A DNA stretch of 64,000 nucleotides from Candidatus Eiseniibacteriota bacterium (GCA_036522895.1 DATDEX010000279.1:69793-133792), one strand, 5' to 3'; shown: positions 28,501-37,348, counted from the stretch's first letter. The notes: generated from the sequence alone by a model not told the origin. A program made the numbers and translations.

Positions 28501-29454
28501 CAAGCCGACACCCTTCTCACTGGCGAACTCGTCGGATTCAGACCGGACAGCCTTCGTGCGCGCAGCGCCTGCTTCGGTCCAAGTGGGCCTCTCCCGGACG
28601 CTCGTATCACCGCACTTCTCGAGCTTCCCGACTCGTCTTCCATTCCCGTGCCGTTGTACGACGACGGTGCTCATGGGGACAGCTTGATAGGCGATGGCAT
28701 CTTCGGGGCAGTCGTTCCAACCGCGCGCGGATCGGGCGCCTATGTCCTCCGCCTTGATGGGACCATTGAACAGAGTGATGTTGTGCTAGTCCACCAACAG
28801 AGCTTTGCGACAGCGGTCGTCCAGCCTCTACCCGATCTCCAGATCGATGCGACTGGCGTCGTAATTTCACGGGTAGCCGACAGCGAGGACTCGCTCACTG
28901 TTGTCGCCACTGTCCGGAACGTCGGCTTGGCAGCCGCCGGTGGTGCGCTGATCCAGTTTGAAGAGCCTGCGGGCGTCGTCGCGACGAAGGTTGCCGATAT
29001 CGACTCCTCGGGCGCCATTACGGTCTCGGTGGGCTGGCGCCCGTCGCGAAGTGATTCGAGTTCCATGCTGGTCTACATCGACCGGGCCAGTCCTTTCCTT
29101 CAATGCCGCTACGATAACGATTCGGTTGCGGTTGTCCTGAATCCGAGTTCCTTGGCTGTGGAACCGGCCCACACGCCGATCGCGGTGTGGCTTGCGTCTC
29201 CCGCGCCGAACCCAGTCGTTGGCCACGCCATAATTCGTTTTGGCCTCCCACGCGCAGGTCGCATTAGTCTGAGCGTCTTCGACGTGGCCGGGCGCAGAGT
29301 TGCAACGCTCTTGGATGGCACTAAGAATGCCGGGGCTTATGCCGTGCCTTGGGGGGATGCGGAAGGGGGACGGCGCATCGGGCCTGGCATGTACTTCGTT
29401 GAGCTCCGGGCCGAGGGGCACCAGATCGTACGGCGGGCTGTGTTCCTCCGGTAG
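25591..29454 (+). CDS. Giant secreted protein: signal peptide, 5 tandem ~90-aa B-repeat/Ig-like modules, FN3, Lipase_2 (class 2 lipase) domain, C-terminal sorting-type beta-sandwich
   Basis: Signal peptide RICVVTLLLILASTF. Repeated ...SPSGSV.V.CGGSQ.FT.TP..CY.V..V.VDG.SVGA..SYTF.NVQ..HTISASF. Lipase motif LLVHGICGS...NIIAHSQGGL...IGTPNHGS. C-terminal ...ISLSVFDVAGRRVATL...GMYFVEL....VFLR. The start could also be 25399 or a later Met. Confidence 0.85.
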   Translation: MSIAEMECSAACRRMFTRIRKKRICVVTLLLILASTFMYPSLALANGTISGNVKTSSGTAVPYTRVTWGAVTTGGCINNPGHAFTNAAGNWQSPILINGSYSVGSGSSPCVDKAYLCTAGNAPLINNNNVTGINFIKPLYSISTSVGLGGAMTVTYGDDADSPTIAATGSVPAVCNALMHFTITPDGCHTIANVVVDGSSVGAVSTYTFSGVQANHSISVSFAANVTYTIVASAGANGTISPSGSVTVGCGGSQAFTITPSGCYQVADVLVDGVSVGARPSYTFTNVQTNHTISASFSTAAGYSITSSAGSNGSISPSGSVSVPCGGSQSFTMTPSPCYHVQSVVVDGTSVGAPGSYTFSNVQASHTISVSFTLDTYTIAATAGIGGSIAPSGSVVVNCGASRSFTIAAGTCYVISNVLVDGTSRGPITSYTFNNVQSGHTISASFAANSGVLPTIPTGLSVMNLGTGTSLHASWNPVTGATSYVLRRVGGGGTTDTPVSGTQTDITNLTRTTSYAFSAQAINGCGAGQFSPTVSRAPDWYPVLLVHGICGSSADFTQCSLSSLGELACIVPNPGLLGDVLKSAGISHVFAVNYPNNASIASVAPTVAQRVRDILTATGESRLNIIAHSQGGLVSRYATQTLGMSSRVANLVMIGTPNHGSEWAKWMILAPAFQPSWMKQIRASLGLDCLATGQAGYDLVPGSAFLNQLNYGNNTGHYDALANPFNPFQICPSHYAENLPSSTQCWLILGTGGWCGLPGAAKGSVGLCEPNDGVVSIANGRLSGLEAFYSRADDGLDPAPARHPRATHFAGSTQFRGHGAGCNLEELKHPTLISAAYLIATTGTLPGSPSAQPGEVATELGDPSEPWIQTADVSSAVTVGEVLRDTVTVGSAKAITFLQAAEAGGLDLAVIDPSGVRWSLADTLSGALSYEGDPEAGLQALTFGTPAHGRWVIESSSPSKAQNYSAAAFIQADTLLTGELVGFRPDSLRARSACFGPSGPLPDARITALLELPDSSSIPVPLYDDGAHGDSLIGDGIFGAVVPTARGSGAYVLRLDGTIEQSDVVLVHQQSFATAVVQPLPDLQIDATGVVISRVADSEDSLTVVATVRNVGLAAAGGALIQFEEPAGVVATKVADIDSSGAITVSVGWRPSRSDSSSMLVYIDRASPFLQCRYDNDSVAVVLNPSSLAVEPAHTPIAVWLASPAPNPVVGHAIIRFGLPRAGRISLSVFDVAGRRVATLLDGTKNAGAYAVPWGDAEGGRRIGPGMYFVELRAEGHQIVRRAVFLR
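26040..26900 (+). repeat. Intragenic tandem coding repeats (about 5 x 270 bp) encoding B-repeat/Ig-like modules
   Basis: The protein-level periodicity above is mirrored at nucleotide level (ggcac/ggatcgatcagcccatc...). Confidence 0.6.
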
Positions 29455-29856
29455 CTAGCGGAAGGTCTGGGTGGCGCGTTGTCGGCGGCGATTTAGAAAC
29501 GTCGTGAACAGCCCCAAGGCCACGGCGGTCAGAACGATAGCCACAACGAGGATGGCAACGATGCGGTCGAAAGCGCCGAAGCCCTGACCGGAGAGGGCGG
29601 AAAGTCCAAAGGTGGAGAGGCCGGCGGTGACTAGATAGAAACCCTCAATGACAAGAAGGATGACGAGAAAGGCACTACCAGCCGATGAACGTTGCCAAAT
29701 GCCGAGGACGGCAATGCTCGAGAAGAGCAGAAAACCAAACATGGCCACGTCGGGCCCGTAGATGAGCATCGCAACAATAGCCGCTACGGGGAGAACGCTG
29801 GCGGTTAGCATGCTTCCAAGCCACAATAACTGGTCCGTGTGAGTAATGTCGGTCAT
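29455..29856 (-). CDS. Small 4-TM membrane protein
   Basis: Four hydrophobic helices. Lower-GC patch. Confidence 0.5.
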   Translation of the reverse strand: MTDITHTDQLLWLGSMLTASVLPVAAIVAMLIYGPDVAMFGFLLFSSIAVLGIWQRSSAGSAFLVILLVIEGFYLVTAGLSTFGLSALSGQGFGAFDRIVAILVVAIVLTAVALGLFTTFLNRRRQRATQTFR

Positions 29857-29940
29857 AGTAGTGATGTAGTAGCTATGGTCCGTTGATCCAGACCGGCCGC
29901 CGCGAGCTATTATCGCCTTGATTGCCCGTGGTGCGGCGCC

Positions 29941-30378
29941 CTATGGGGACAGGTCGCGAGGCGTCACCCCGAGCTGCCGCGCCCGCCGACGCTGCCGACC
30001 CCGTTCCGCCTGCGTGAGTGGCTTGTGGGTCATGTACAGCTGCACGCGGACCTTTTCACGTTCGGCGGCGTCCATGGCCGGCAGGACGGTGCACTCCAGC
30101 TCACGGAGCCCGAGGTCCCGGGCGATCCGGTAACGTCGCTCGCCGTCGATGATCAGGTAGCGCCCCTTGCCGGACGGGCAGACGAGCAGCCCGTTCATGA
30201 CCGCGAACTCCTGGATGGACGCTCGGAGGTCCGAGTCATCCTCGGCGATGCTGTACTTGCTGTGCACGCTGTCTGGGTCTGGCACGATCTGACTGATCAG
30301 GATGCGCTTGTAAGTGTGACGATGCTTCATACACTCACGATAGCAAATGAGCGCAGTTCGTCTAGGGCGGTTGTCCAC
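29941..30378 (-). CDS. ParB/Srx-like nuclease-domain protein
   Basis: YLIIDGERRYRIARDLGLRELECTVL (ParB N-domain GxRRxxA box). Confidence 0.6.
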   Translation of the reverse strand: MDNRPRRTALICYRECMKHRHTYKRILISQIVPDPDSVHSKYSIAEDDSDLRASIQEFAVMNGLLVCPSGKGRYLIIDGERRYRIARDLGLRELECTVLPAMDAAEREKVRVQLYMTHKPLTQAERGRQRRRARQLGVTPRDLSP

Positions 30379-30502
30379 AACGATGCGGCATCACATTCGC
30401 GTCCGCCTTCCTACCGGGAAGGACATCGGGGCGCTACGCTTCCCCACGCAGTACACCTGATGCCGCAACCGTTCCACCCGCCCCTTGTCAGGAGGCCTTC
30501 CC

Positions 30503-31201
30503 ATGAAGGCCGATCACCCCATCCCGTACACCGACACCCGCGAGTCCATCGCCTACGCCGAGCTCTTGAAGCTCGCCCACGAGGAGGGCCTCAAGTCCAT
30601 CAGCACCTCGCTCGTGCTTCAACCCAGCGAGGAGAACGGCCGACTCGCCATCGTCAAGGCCGCGGTCGAGACGGAGCGCGGCCACTTCGAAGGCCTCGGC
30701 GATGCCGACCCCGGCAACGTCGATGCCTTCCTCGTTCCGCACCTGATCCGCGTGGCCGAGACCCGGGCCAAGGCCCGCGCCCTCCGTGACGCCGTCAACT
30801 GCGGCGTCGTCTCCTCCGAGGAGTTGGACGACGTCAGCCTGGACCAGGCCTCACGCCCCGGACCGGGTGCTCCCGCACCCCCGTCCTCGCGCCCTGCGAG
30901 GAATGAAGCGCCGCCTGCGCGCCCGCGCGGCAATGGCGGGGCCCGGTCCCCTCGGGGCACCACCGGCAACGGCTCGCCCGAGCCGATGACCGAAGGCCAG
31001 CGCCGGTACCTGTTCCGCATAATGGCGGGGCAGGGCTACCAGCGCGAAGCCGCGGAGAATCGGCTCAAGGAGATCTTCGAGGTCGGCTCGCTCACGGAGA
31101 TCACGAAGACCGCCGCGATGAAGATGATCGACGAGCTGCTCCAGACCTCCGCCCCCGGAAACGGTGGCGGGAATGGACCAGCCTCGCGTCCTCTCCATTA
31201 G
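30503..31201 (+). CDS. Hypothetical two-domain protein. Possible single-strand annealing/DNA-binding partner of the adjacent exonuclease (inference from gene order only).
   Basis: RBS GGAGG before ATG 30503. Structured N-domain, Pro/Gly-rich linker, then conserved C-terminal TEGQRRYLFRIMAGQGY...MIDELL. Confidence 0.5.
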   Translation: MKADHPIPYTDTRESIAYAELLKLAHEEGLKSISTSLVLQPSEENGRLAIVKAAVETERGHFEGLGDADPGNVDAFLVPHLIRVAETRAKARALRDAVNCGVVSSEELDDVSLDQASRPGPGAPAPPSSRPARNEAPPARPRGNGGARSPRGTTGNGSPEPMTEGQRRYLFRIMAGQGYQREAAENRLKEIFEVGSLTEITKTAAMKMIDELLQTSAPGNGGGNGPASRPLH

Positions 31202-32006
31202 CCAGGTCAACGCCTACCTCGGCTGCCCGCTCAAGTACCGCTTCCAGTACGTGGACAAGATCCCACGGCCGTGGCGGGTAGCGGCCATGGCCTTCGGGAC
31301 ATCAGTCCACGCCGCCGTCGAGTGGTTCCACAAGGAACGCCTCGCCGGCCGAAGCCCGGAACTGACGCAAGTCCTCGAGGTCTTCGACGCGGACTGGTAC
31401 GCGCAGAACACGGAGCCGCTCGTCTTTTCGGAACGGGAGTCGAGAGACTCCCTGGCCGAGAAGGGCCGGGCGATGCTCCAGCTCTACGTCGAGTCCAGCA
31501 GCGGCGTGAAGCCGGTCGCGGTCGAACAGCCGTTCGAACTGGATCTCGCCGATCCCGAGACGGGGGAAGTTCTCGGCGTGCGGCTGCGCGGCATCATCGA
31601 TCTCGTGGAGGAGGGGGAGACGCTGGTCGACTTAAAGACGGCCGGCCGGACGCTCGAATCGGGGGGTCTCGAGCGGCACCTGCAGCTGTCGACCTACGCC
31701 CTCGCCTTCTTCCTCCTCCACGGTTCCATCCCCAAGCTCCGGCTGGACATGCTGCTCAAGACCGCCAAACCGCGGCTGGAGCGGCATCCCACCACCCGGA
31801 GCCTCGAGGATCTCGGCTGGACGGCCCGCCTCATCCGTGAGGTCTCACTGGCCATTCAGACCGAGCACTTCTTCCCAAACCCGAGCTGGCGCTGCACCGA
31901 GTGCGAGTACTTCGCCCACTGCCAACAGTGGCGCGGGACCTGGCCCAGCGAGCAGCTCATGCAGCTAGGTGACGGGGGAGGTGTCGGCGAGTCCGTGGGC
32001 GCGTAG
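31164..32006 (+). CDS. PD-(D/E)xK nuclease of the Cas4/RecB (phage-type exonuclease) family with a 1+3 Cys cluster
   Basis: N-terminal CPLKYRF. GIIDLVEEGETLVDLKT (D-E-K). QLSTYALA (QxxxY). C-terminal CTECEYFAHC. Confidence 0.75.
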   Translation: MAGMDQPRVLSISQVNAYLGCPLKYRFQYVDKIPRPWRVAAMAFGTSVHAAVEWFHKERLAGRSPELTQVLEVFDADWYAQNTEPLVFSERESRDSLAEKGRAMLQLYVESSSGVKPVAVEQPFELDLADPETGEVLGVRLRGIIDLVEEGETLVDLKTAGRTLESGGLERHLQLSTYALAFFLLHGSIPKLRLDMLLKTAKPRLERHPTTRSLEDLGWTARLIREVSLAIQTEHFFPNPSWRCTECEYFAHCQQWRGTWPSEQLMQLGDGGGVGESVGA

Positions 32007-32186
32007 GACCGATCAGCGGTCGATCGCGTGCTATCGGGGGCCACGGACGGCTGTTGAAGCCGAAACGTCCACGGCTCGTCGCACCTTCTCCCGTCAGTTG
32101 TTCCATCGCTCATTCCATTCAACGGGGCTCCACGCGTTCGCGCCTGGGGCCCTCTTTTCTACCCCAGCCCCTGCAGAGAGGCACCT

Positions 32187-32609
32187 GTGTATGTCTGCGA
32201 ACTGACGAAGCGGAAGTACCGCGGCAAGCAGCCGCGCCAGATCCGCGGACCGGACGATGTGTGTGCCGTGATTGGGCGGAAGCTCCATAGGGAACAACGC
32301 GAGCACTTTCTCGTCCTGCTCCTGAATGCCCGCCACGAGGTTATGGCCAAGGAGACCATCTCCATTGGCAGCTTGAACGCGTCGGTGGTTCATCCGCGCG
32401 AGGTGTTCAAACCCGCCATCCTCGCCTCGGCGGCCTCGATCGTGCTGGTTCACAACCACCCGTCCGGCGACCCCGAGCCAAGCGACGAGGATCTCTCAAT
32501 CACCAAGCGCCTCGTCGAGGCCGGTGAGCTGCTCGGCATCGGCGTGCTCGACCATGTCCTCATCGCCAGCCGGGGCGTCGTCTCGTTCCGCGCACGGCAG
32601 CTACTGTGA
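32187..32609 (+). CDS. RadC-like JAB/MPN domain protein
   Basis: HNHPSGDPEPSDEDLSITKRL (JAMM motif). Confidence 0.85.
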   Translation: MYVCELTKRKYRGKQPRQIRGPDDVCAVIGRKLHREQREHFLVLLLNARHEVMAKETISIGSLNASVVHPREVFKPAILASAASIVLVHNHPSGDPEPSDEDLSITKRLVEAGELLGIGVLDHVLIASRGVVSFRARQLL

Positions 32610-32636
32610 CCCCTCACTGAAGAAAGGAATGTTGTC

Positions 32637-33368
32637 ATGCCTGCAACACTTGTTGTCCACCGCGGCGGCTGGGATGCCACCAAGGCTGACCTCGCCAGCG
32701 TCCTCGTGCCCGAGTCCACCGAGTCGTACCACCCCGTCCCGTACCATCGCTTCATCGAGGAGGTTGAGCTGCACATCCCGCGCTTCGGACTCGCCGTTCG
32801 CTCGTCGCAGTTCGCGCTCGCGCGGGAGGGAGGCCAGATGTTCGGCGTCCTCACCTGCTCGAACGGTACGCCCGATCGCGACTACGCCCTCGCCATCGGC
32901 GTGCGGAACAGCTACGACCGCAGCCTGGCCGTCGGACTGACGCTCGGCTCGCGGGTGTTCTGCTGTGACAACCTCGCCTTCTCGGGCGAGGTGACGATGC
33001 ACCGGAAGCACACGCTGAACGTCTTCCGCGATCTGCCCGACTTGATCTACCGGATGCTGTCGCAGGTGGCGGCCATGCGGCAGCGCAGCGACGGCGAAAT
33101 CGCGGCGATGAAGGTTCGCGAGCTGCCGCCGGCTCATGCACATCACCTGATGGTCGAGGCGATCAAGGCGAACGTTGCGCCCGCCTCGCGTCTGCCGAAG
33201 GTGATCGAGGCGTGGGATGAGCCGAAGCACGAGGAGTTCGCGCCGCGCACGGCCTGGTCCCTCTTCAATGCCTTCACCGAGATCCAGAAGGCGGGGGCGC
33301 CTCGGGCACAGATGGAGGGGAGCCTTCGGCTCAGTTCGCTCTTTCGGAAGGAGTTGTCACTCTACTGA
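32637..33368 (+). CDS. DUF932-like (phage/plasmid-related) protein
   Basis: Overall similarity to the TIGR03299/DUF932 pattern, judged by eye. Low certainty. Confidence 0.45.
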   Translation: MPATLVVHRGGWDATKADLASVLVPESTESYHPVPYHRFIEEVELHIPRFGLAVRSSQFALAREGGQMFGVLTCSNGTPDRDYALAIGVRNSYDRSLAVGLTLGSRVFCCDNLAFSGEVTMHRKHTLNVFRDLPDLIYRMLSQVAAMRQRSDGEIAAMKVRELPPAHAHHLMVEAIKANVAPASRLPKVIEAWDEPKHEEFAPRTAWSLFNAFTEIQKAGAPRAQMEGSLRLSSLFRKELSLY

Positions 33369-33677
33369 TTCAATCTCCGGGGCCGTCCGATTCTCGACGG
33401 CCCCGTCTTCATGTCGACGCGTGCAAGAGAAGACGGAGAAGCGGGGGTGGGGCGGCGCCCTTGCTCATGACCGTACGTTGCAGTACTTCACCGCGAGTGC
33501 CACATCGACGAACGTTTCCATTCGGATTCGCTCGCCGTCTGCGGGGCTCTGATTCAGTCGCGCGACCTCCGTGCCTGCAGGAGCGAGCGCCCCGACCCGT
33601 GGTCGCGTGGCACCCCGCACGGGCCGGTGCGTCGCAAGTCGTTGAACCAGCGGGAAGAAGCAGCTATCTTCGGCCCC

Positions 33678-34868
33678 ATGAAACCCATCAACCAGCGGAC
33701 TACTTCGGGCGAGCGACTACGAATCGCGGGGCTCTTCGCGGGGATTGGTGGCATTGAGCTCGGGCTGCACCGAGCCGGCCACGTGACCGCCCTCTTGTGC
33801 GAGTCGGATCCCGGTGCTTCCAAGGTCTTGGCCGATCGATTCTCGCTTGAGGTGGCACCAGACGTGCGCGACCTTGAGTCGCTCGGCGATGTCGACTTGG
33901 TCACCGCTGGGTTCCCCTGCCAGGACCTCAGCCAAGCGGGTATGACCGCTGGCATTCGGGGGAGCAACTCCGGTCTCGTCGATCACGTCTTCCGGCTCCT
34001 CGACCAGCGGAAGCGCGGTCCACGCTGGCTGCTCCTGGAAAACGTCTCGTTCATGCTCCACCTCGATCGTGGCCGCGGCATGCGCCACCTCGTCGACGAA
34101 CTCGAGAAGCGCCGTTTTCGCTGGGCGTACCGCGTAGTGGACACGCGGGCCTTCGGGTTGCCGCAGCGGCGCCACCGAGTCATCCTGCTCGCATCCCGCA
34201 GCGAGGACCCGCGCGGGATCCTGTTCGGCCAGGATTCAAGAGTAACAGAACCCACATTCTCCACGGAGCTCTGGTGTGGATTCTACTGGACGGAGGGACT
34301 TCGCGGACTCGGGTGGGCAGTCGACTCGGTGCCCACGCTCAAGGGCGGTTCGACGATTGGCATTCCATCCCCGCCAGCGATCTGGGATCCCGAGAGCGGT
34401 GAGATCTCCACCCCCGAGATCCGGGATGCCGAGCGGCTGCAGGGATTCGAGGCCGACTGGACGCTCCCGGCTCTTCAAGTTCCCGGTGTCCGACCAGGAC
34501 ACCGGTGGAAGCTGGTCGGGAACGCGGTGAGCGTGCCCGTGGCGAAGTGGGTGGGGGAGCGTTTGGCCTACCCAGAGCCGTTCGATGGCGCTCGCACCCT
34601 CGAGGAACTGTCGCCGGGCGTGGCGTGGCCCAAGGCCGCGTGGGGCGCGAAGGGGCGTGTCTTCTCGGTCTCGGTCTCCACCTGGCCCGTGCGCATCCGC
34701 ACCCCGCATCTGTCTCGGTTCGTGCGGTTCCCGCTGGCGCCACTGTCGTACCGAGCGGCATCGGGCTTCAAGAGTCGAATGGACGTGAGCGGACTCAACT
34801 TTGAAGACGCCTTCCGTCGCGCGATCGCGCGATACGTGAAGCGCGGCCTTCGGGTGGCCGTCGCCTAA
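33678..34868 (+). CDS. DNA (cytosine-5)-methyltransferase 1
   Basis: Motif I LFAGIGG, IV PCQDLS, VI ENV, VIII QRRHRVIL, X GNAV. Confidence 0.9.
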   Translation: MKPINQRTTSGERLRIAGLFAGIGGIELGLHRAGHVTALLCESDPGASKVLADRFSLEVAPDVRDLESLGDVDLVTAGFPCQDLSQAGMTAGIRGSNSGLVDHVFRLLDQRKRGPRWLLLENVSFMLHLDRGRGMRHLVDELEKRRFRWAYRVVDTRAFGLPQRRHRVILLASRSEDPRGILFGQDSRVTEPTFSTELWCGFYWTEGLRGLGWAVDSVPTLKGGSTIGIPSPPAIWDPESGEISTPEIRDAERLQGFEADWTLPALQVPGVRPGHRWKLVGNAVSVPVAKWVGERLAYPEPFDGARTLEELSPGVAWPKAAWGAKGRVFSVSVSTWPVRIRTPHLSRFVRFPLAPLSYRAASGFKSRMDVSGLNFEDAFRRAIARYVKRGLRVAVA

Positions 34869-35662
34869 TGGTCGAACCTCCCCCCAAGCCCATCCGTACC
34901 CTTGCCGATGTCTTGCGCGAATCGGAGCCGAGACCTCTTCCCGGCCCGGAGAGAGTGCGCGGCGAGAAAAACACGTACTCGACTCGCTTTGCTAACAACA
35001 TGGCTCGGCTGGTTGCCTTCGGACTGCGTGAGCAGTTCGGGGACTTCTTCCGCGGTATCCTGCCGCACGACGAGGGGGGCCTGGAGTCGACGGCGTGGGG
35101 CTCGAGGGGCACCGGCAGGCTCGACGTCAACTATTCGACGCCTGAACTGGGGCTCGGACTCGGGATCTCACTGAAGTCGGTTCACATCCCGGAGGAGAAA
35201 TCGGGACGCGCTCGGCGATACACGCACAACATGAAGCGCAACGACGAGGAGCTACGGGTCGAGTCGATCAGCTACCACACCCGGCAACCGTACGCGGTCA
35301 TGGTCGCGGTGCTCTTCCTGCCGTACGACTCCTGCACCGACGGGACGGACATCTCCTCGTTCGGCGCCTGGGCCGAGTACCTCCACGAGCTGGTCGGACG
35401 CACGGATCCAGGAGACGACGCGGCACTCTTTGAACGTGGATTCATCGGTCTCTACGATCCCGATCCAACCACGAACCGAATGGAGTTCTTCGACATCGAG
35501 CAGCCGCCTCCACGCAAGGGCCGGCCGCAGCGCTTACTTCCCTTCTCGGGATTCCTGAGCGAGGTCAAGAAGACGTACGACCGCCGGAACCACAAGGACT
35601 TCAAATGGGCAGACGATGTCCCGCTTGACGAGGTCCCACCCCCATACGGCGAGCCGACCTGA
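34868..35662 (+). CDS. Putative Type II restriction endonuclease partnering methyltransferase 1 (by position)
   Basis: Start overlaps the methyltransferase stop (taATGg). Loose PD-(D/E)xK pattern GRLDV...PELGLGLGISLKS. It lies between a C5-methyltransferase and Vsr. Confidence 0.45.
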   Translation: MVEPPPKPIRTLADVLRESEPRPLPGPERVRGEKNTYSTRFANNMARLVAFGLREQFGDFFRGILPHDEGGLESTAWGSRGTGRLDVNYSTPELGLGLGISLKSVHIPEEKSGRARRYTHNMKRNDEELRVESISYHTRQPYAVMVAVLFLPYDSCTDGTDISSFGAWAEYLHELVGRTDPGDDAALFERGFIGLYDPDPTTNRMEFFDIEQPPPRKGRPQRLLPFSGFLSEVKKTYDRRNHKDFKWADDVPLDEVPPPYGEPT

Positions 35663-35690
35663 AGCCTCCTCGTTGTCGGTTCGTCGGCGG

Positions 35691-36074
35691 ATGCAGGCCA
35701 CCCCCAGACGCGACACACAGTGCGAACTCGCGCTGCGCTCAGTGCTCCATCGGCTCGGCCTACGCTTTCGTGTTGATCGCAGGTTGCCTGATGCGCGGCG
35801 AAGAGCCGACCTGACTTTCGTCCGCGCCAGAGTGGTCGTGTTCGTCGACGGTTGCTTCTGGCACGGCTGCCCTCAACACGCATCATGGCCAAAGTCGAAT
35901 GCGGAGTGGTGGCGCGCCAAGATTGAGATGAACCGCCGGCGGGACATCGAGACGAGCCGCAAACTTCGACGGGCGGGTTGGAAGGTCGTTCGAGTGTGGG
36001 AACACGAAGACCCGCACCGGGCATCGCAACGGGTGGTCGCGGCCATTGGGGAGACAAGCTCGCCAAGACGCTAA
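35691..36074 (+). CDS. vsr: Very short patch repair endonuclease (Vsr)
   Basis: VVFVDGCFWHGCP plus the downstream W/H pattern typical of Vsr. Confidence 0.85.
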   Translation: MQATPRRDTQCELALRSVLHRLGLRFRVDRRLPDARRRADLTFVRARVVVFVDGCFWHGCPQHASWPKSNAEWWRAKIEMNRRRDIETSRKLRRAGWKVVRVWEHEDPHRASQRVVAAIGETSSPRR

Positions 36075-36288
36075 GGGCGATCTCACCAACAACGGAAGGC
36101 CGCCCGTGAGACCTGAGCTGGTCATAGCGTGCGTTGGCGAAGCGGTCCTCTCGGTGGAGGCTTCGATGCGCCTGGCCACGGGCAGAGGTAGGTACTTGGC
36201 GGGAGTGGCAGATGTCGCGCTCGCGGGAAGAGCTTACACTTGGCGGACGACCTGCCTCCAAGACAACTCGAATGGAAGGAGGAGTGCT

Positions 36289-36542
36289 CAGTGAATGGGA
36301 CCGACTATCAGATCGCACTGCTGCTGGCGACACTGTGCCTACGGCTTTCCTCGCTGGCCGCGGGACTGTTTCTGGTTCGGGGCGGCGTTCGCGTTCTGAT
36401 GCTCGATTCGACCGGACACGGCCTCGGATCGCGAGAGTGGCTATCCAGGTGCTGGCTTGGAGCGATGCTCGGTCTTGCACTAGTCGTCGGAGGCGCGATC
36501 CTAGTCTTCGGCAAAGGGTTGGGAGCTCTGGTTCACAGCTAA
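36289..36542 (+). CDS. Possible small 2-TM membrane protein
   Basis: Hydrophobic ORF (36240..36542 frame), preferred over the Arg-rich overlapping frame. GTG start guessed. Confidence 0.3.
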
Positions 36543-36577
36543 ACCCGCCCACCAAGGGCGCCAGCGTAGGGGGGGAC

Positions 36578-37333
36578 GTGCAGTTAACCGGCAGAGAATC
36601 TGTGGTTCGCGGGTTCATCGACGGATTGATTCCGCCCAGGTTGCGGCCGGGCAGCTTTGATCTCACGGTCGGTAGGATCGTCGTTCGGGGCGAGGAGCGA
36701 CACGACCCAGTCGTGATTCAACCGCAACAGACATTTCTCATCGAATCGGAACAGACCGTGACGGTCCCGATTGGGTACGTGGGGTACGCAATGCCGAAGA
36801 CGAGCCTTTGCAACGATGGGATCCTCGTCCTCAACACAGGGCTCGTCGACCCAGGCTACAACGGCAAGCTCTCGACGATCGCCATCAACTTCTCCGACAG
36901 CGACCAACGGATCCGGCGGGATACTGCGTTTCTGCGGCTGGTCTTTCACCAGCTTACGGGAGCCGATGCAGATCGCGAAGACGCACATACGCAAACCGCG
37001 ACCTTGGACGACCTCAAGTCCCGATCACGACATATCAGTGCGTCCTTCCTCGATGTGCCGGGCCAGGCCGACCGCATCATGCGTGAGCTGACCAACGATG
37101 TCATGGACAGACAACGCAACGCGATCTTGCTCCTCATCAGCACAATTGGCTTCCTATTTGTAATGTGGAACTTGGGGTCGTTCTTCCTCCTATCTCGACA
37201 GACCAACGCGATCGCAGATCGCACTGCGCAAACCGGGTCGCGGGAGCTCGGGGCACTTGAGGAGCGGGTGAAACAGCTCGATGAACGCGTGGCGAGGCTA
37301 CAAACCCTTGTCACACCGCCAAAAGCGCGATAG
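36578..37333 (+). CDS. dCTP deaminase/dUTPase-fold protein with a C-terminal TM helix and coiled coil
   Basis: LTGRESVVRGFIDGLIPPRLRP...DLTVG aligns with the Dcd N-terminus. GLVDPGYNGKLSTIAINFSD matches the Dcd/dUTPase motif (HRIDPGWSG / IDSDYRGE). TM segment AILLLISTIGFLFVMWNLGSFFLL, then heptad-rich tail. GTG start at 36578; the upstream ORF part is junk. Confidence 0.7.
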   Translation: MQLTGRESVVRGFIDGLIPPRLRPGSFDLTVGRIVVRGEERHDPVVIQPQQTFLIESEQTVTVPIGYVGYAMPKTSLCNDGILVLNTGLVDPGYNGKLSTIAINFSDSDQRIRRDTAFLRLVFHQLTGADADREDAHTQTATLDDLKSRSRHISASFLDVPGQADRIMRELTNDVMDRQRNAILLLISTIGFLFVMWNLGSFFLLSRQTNAIADRTAQTGSRELGALEERVKQLDERVARLQTLVTPPKAR

Positions 37334-37348
37334 CATCAAAGGATTCTT

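Noticed and set aside
36134-36577. Upstream extension of the Dcd-like ORF
   Set aside because: Arg-rich low-complexity. Overlaps a plausible hydrophobic small ORF in another frame. Dcd homology begins exactly at the GTG at 36578.
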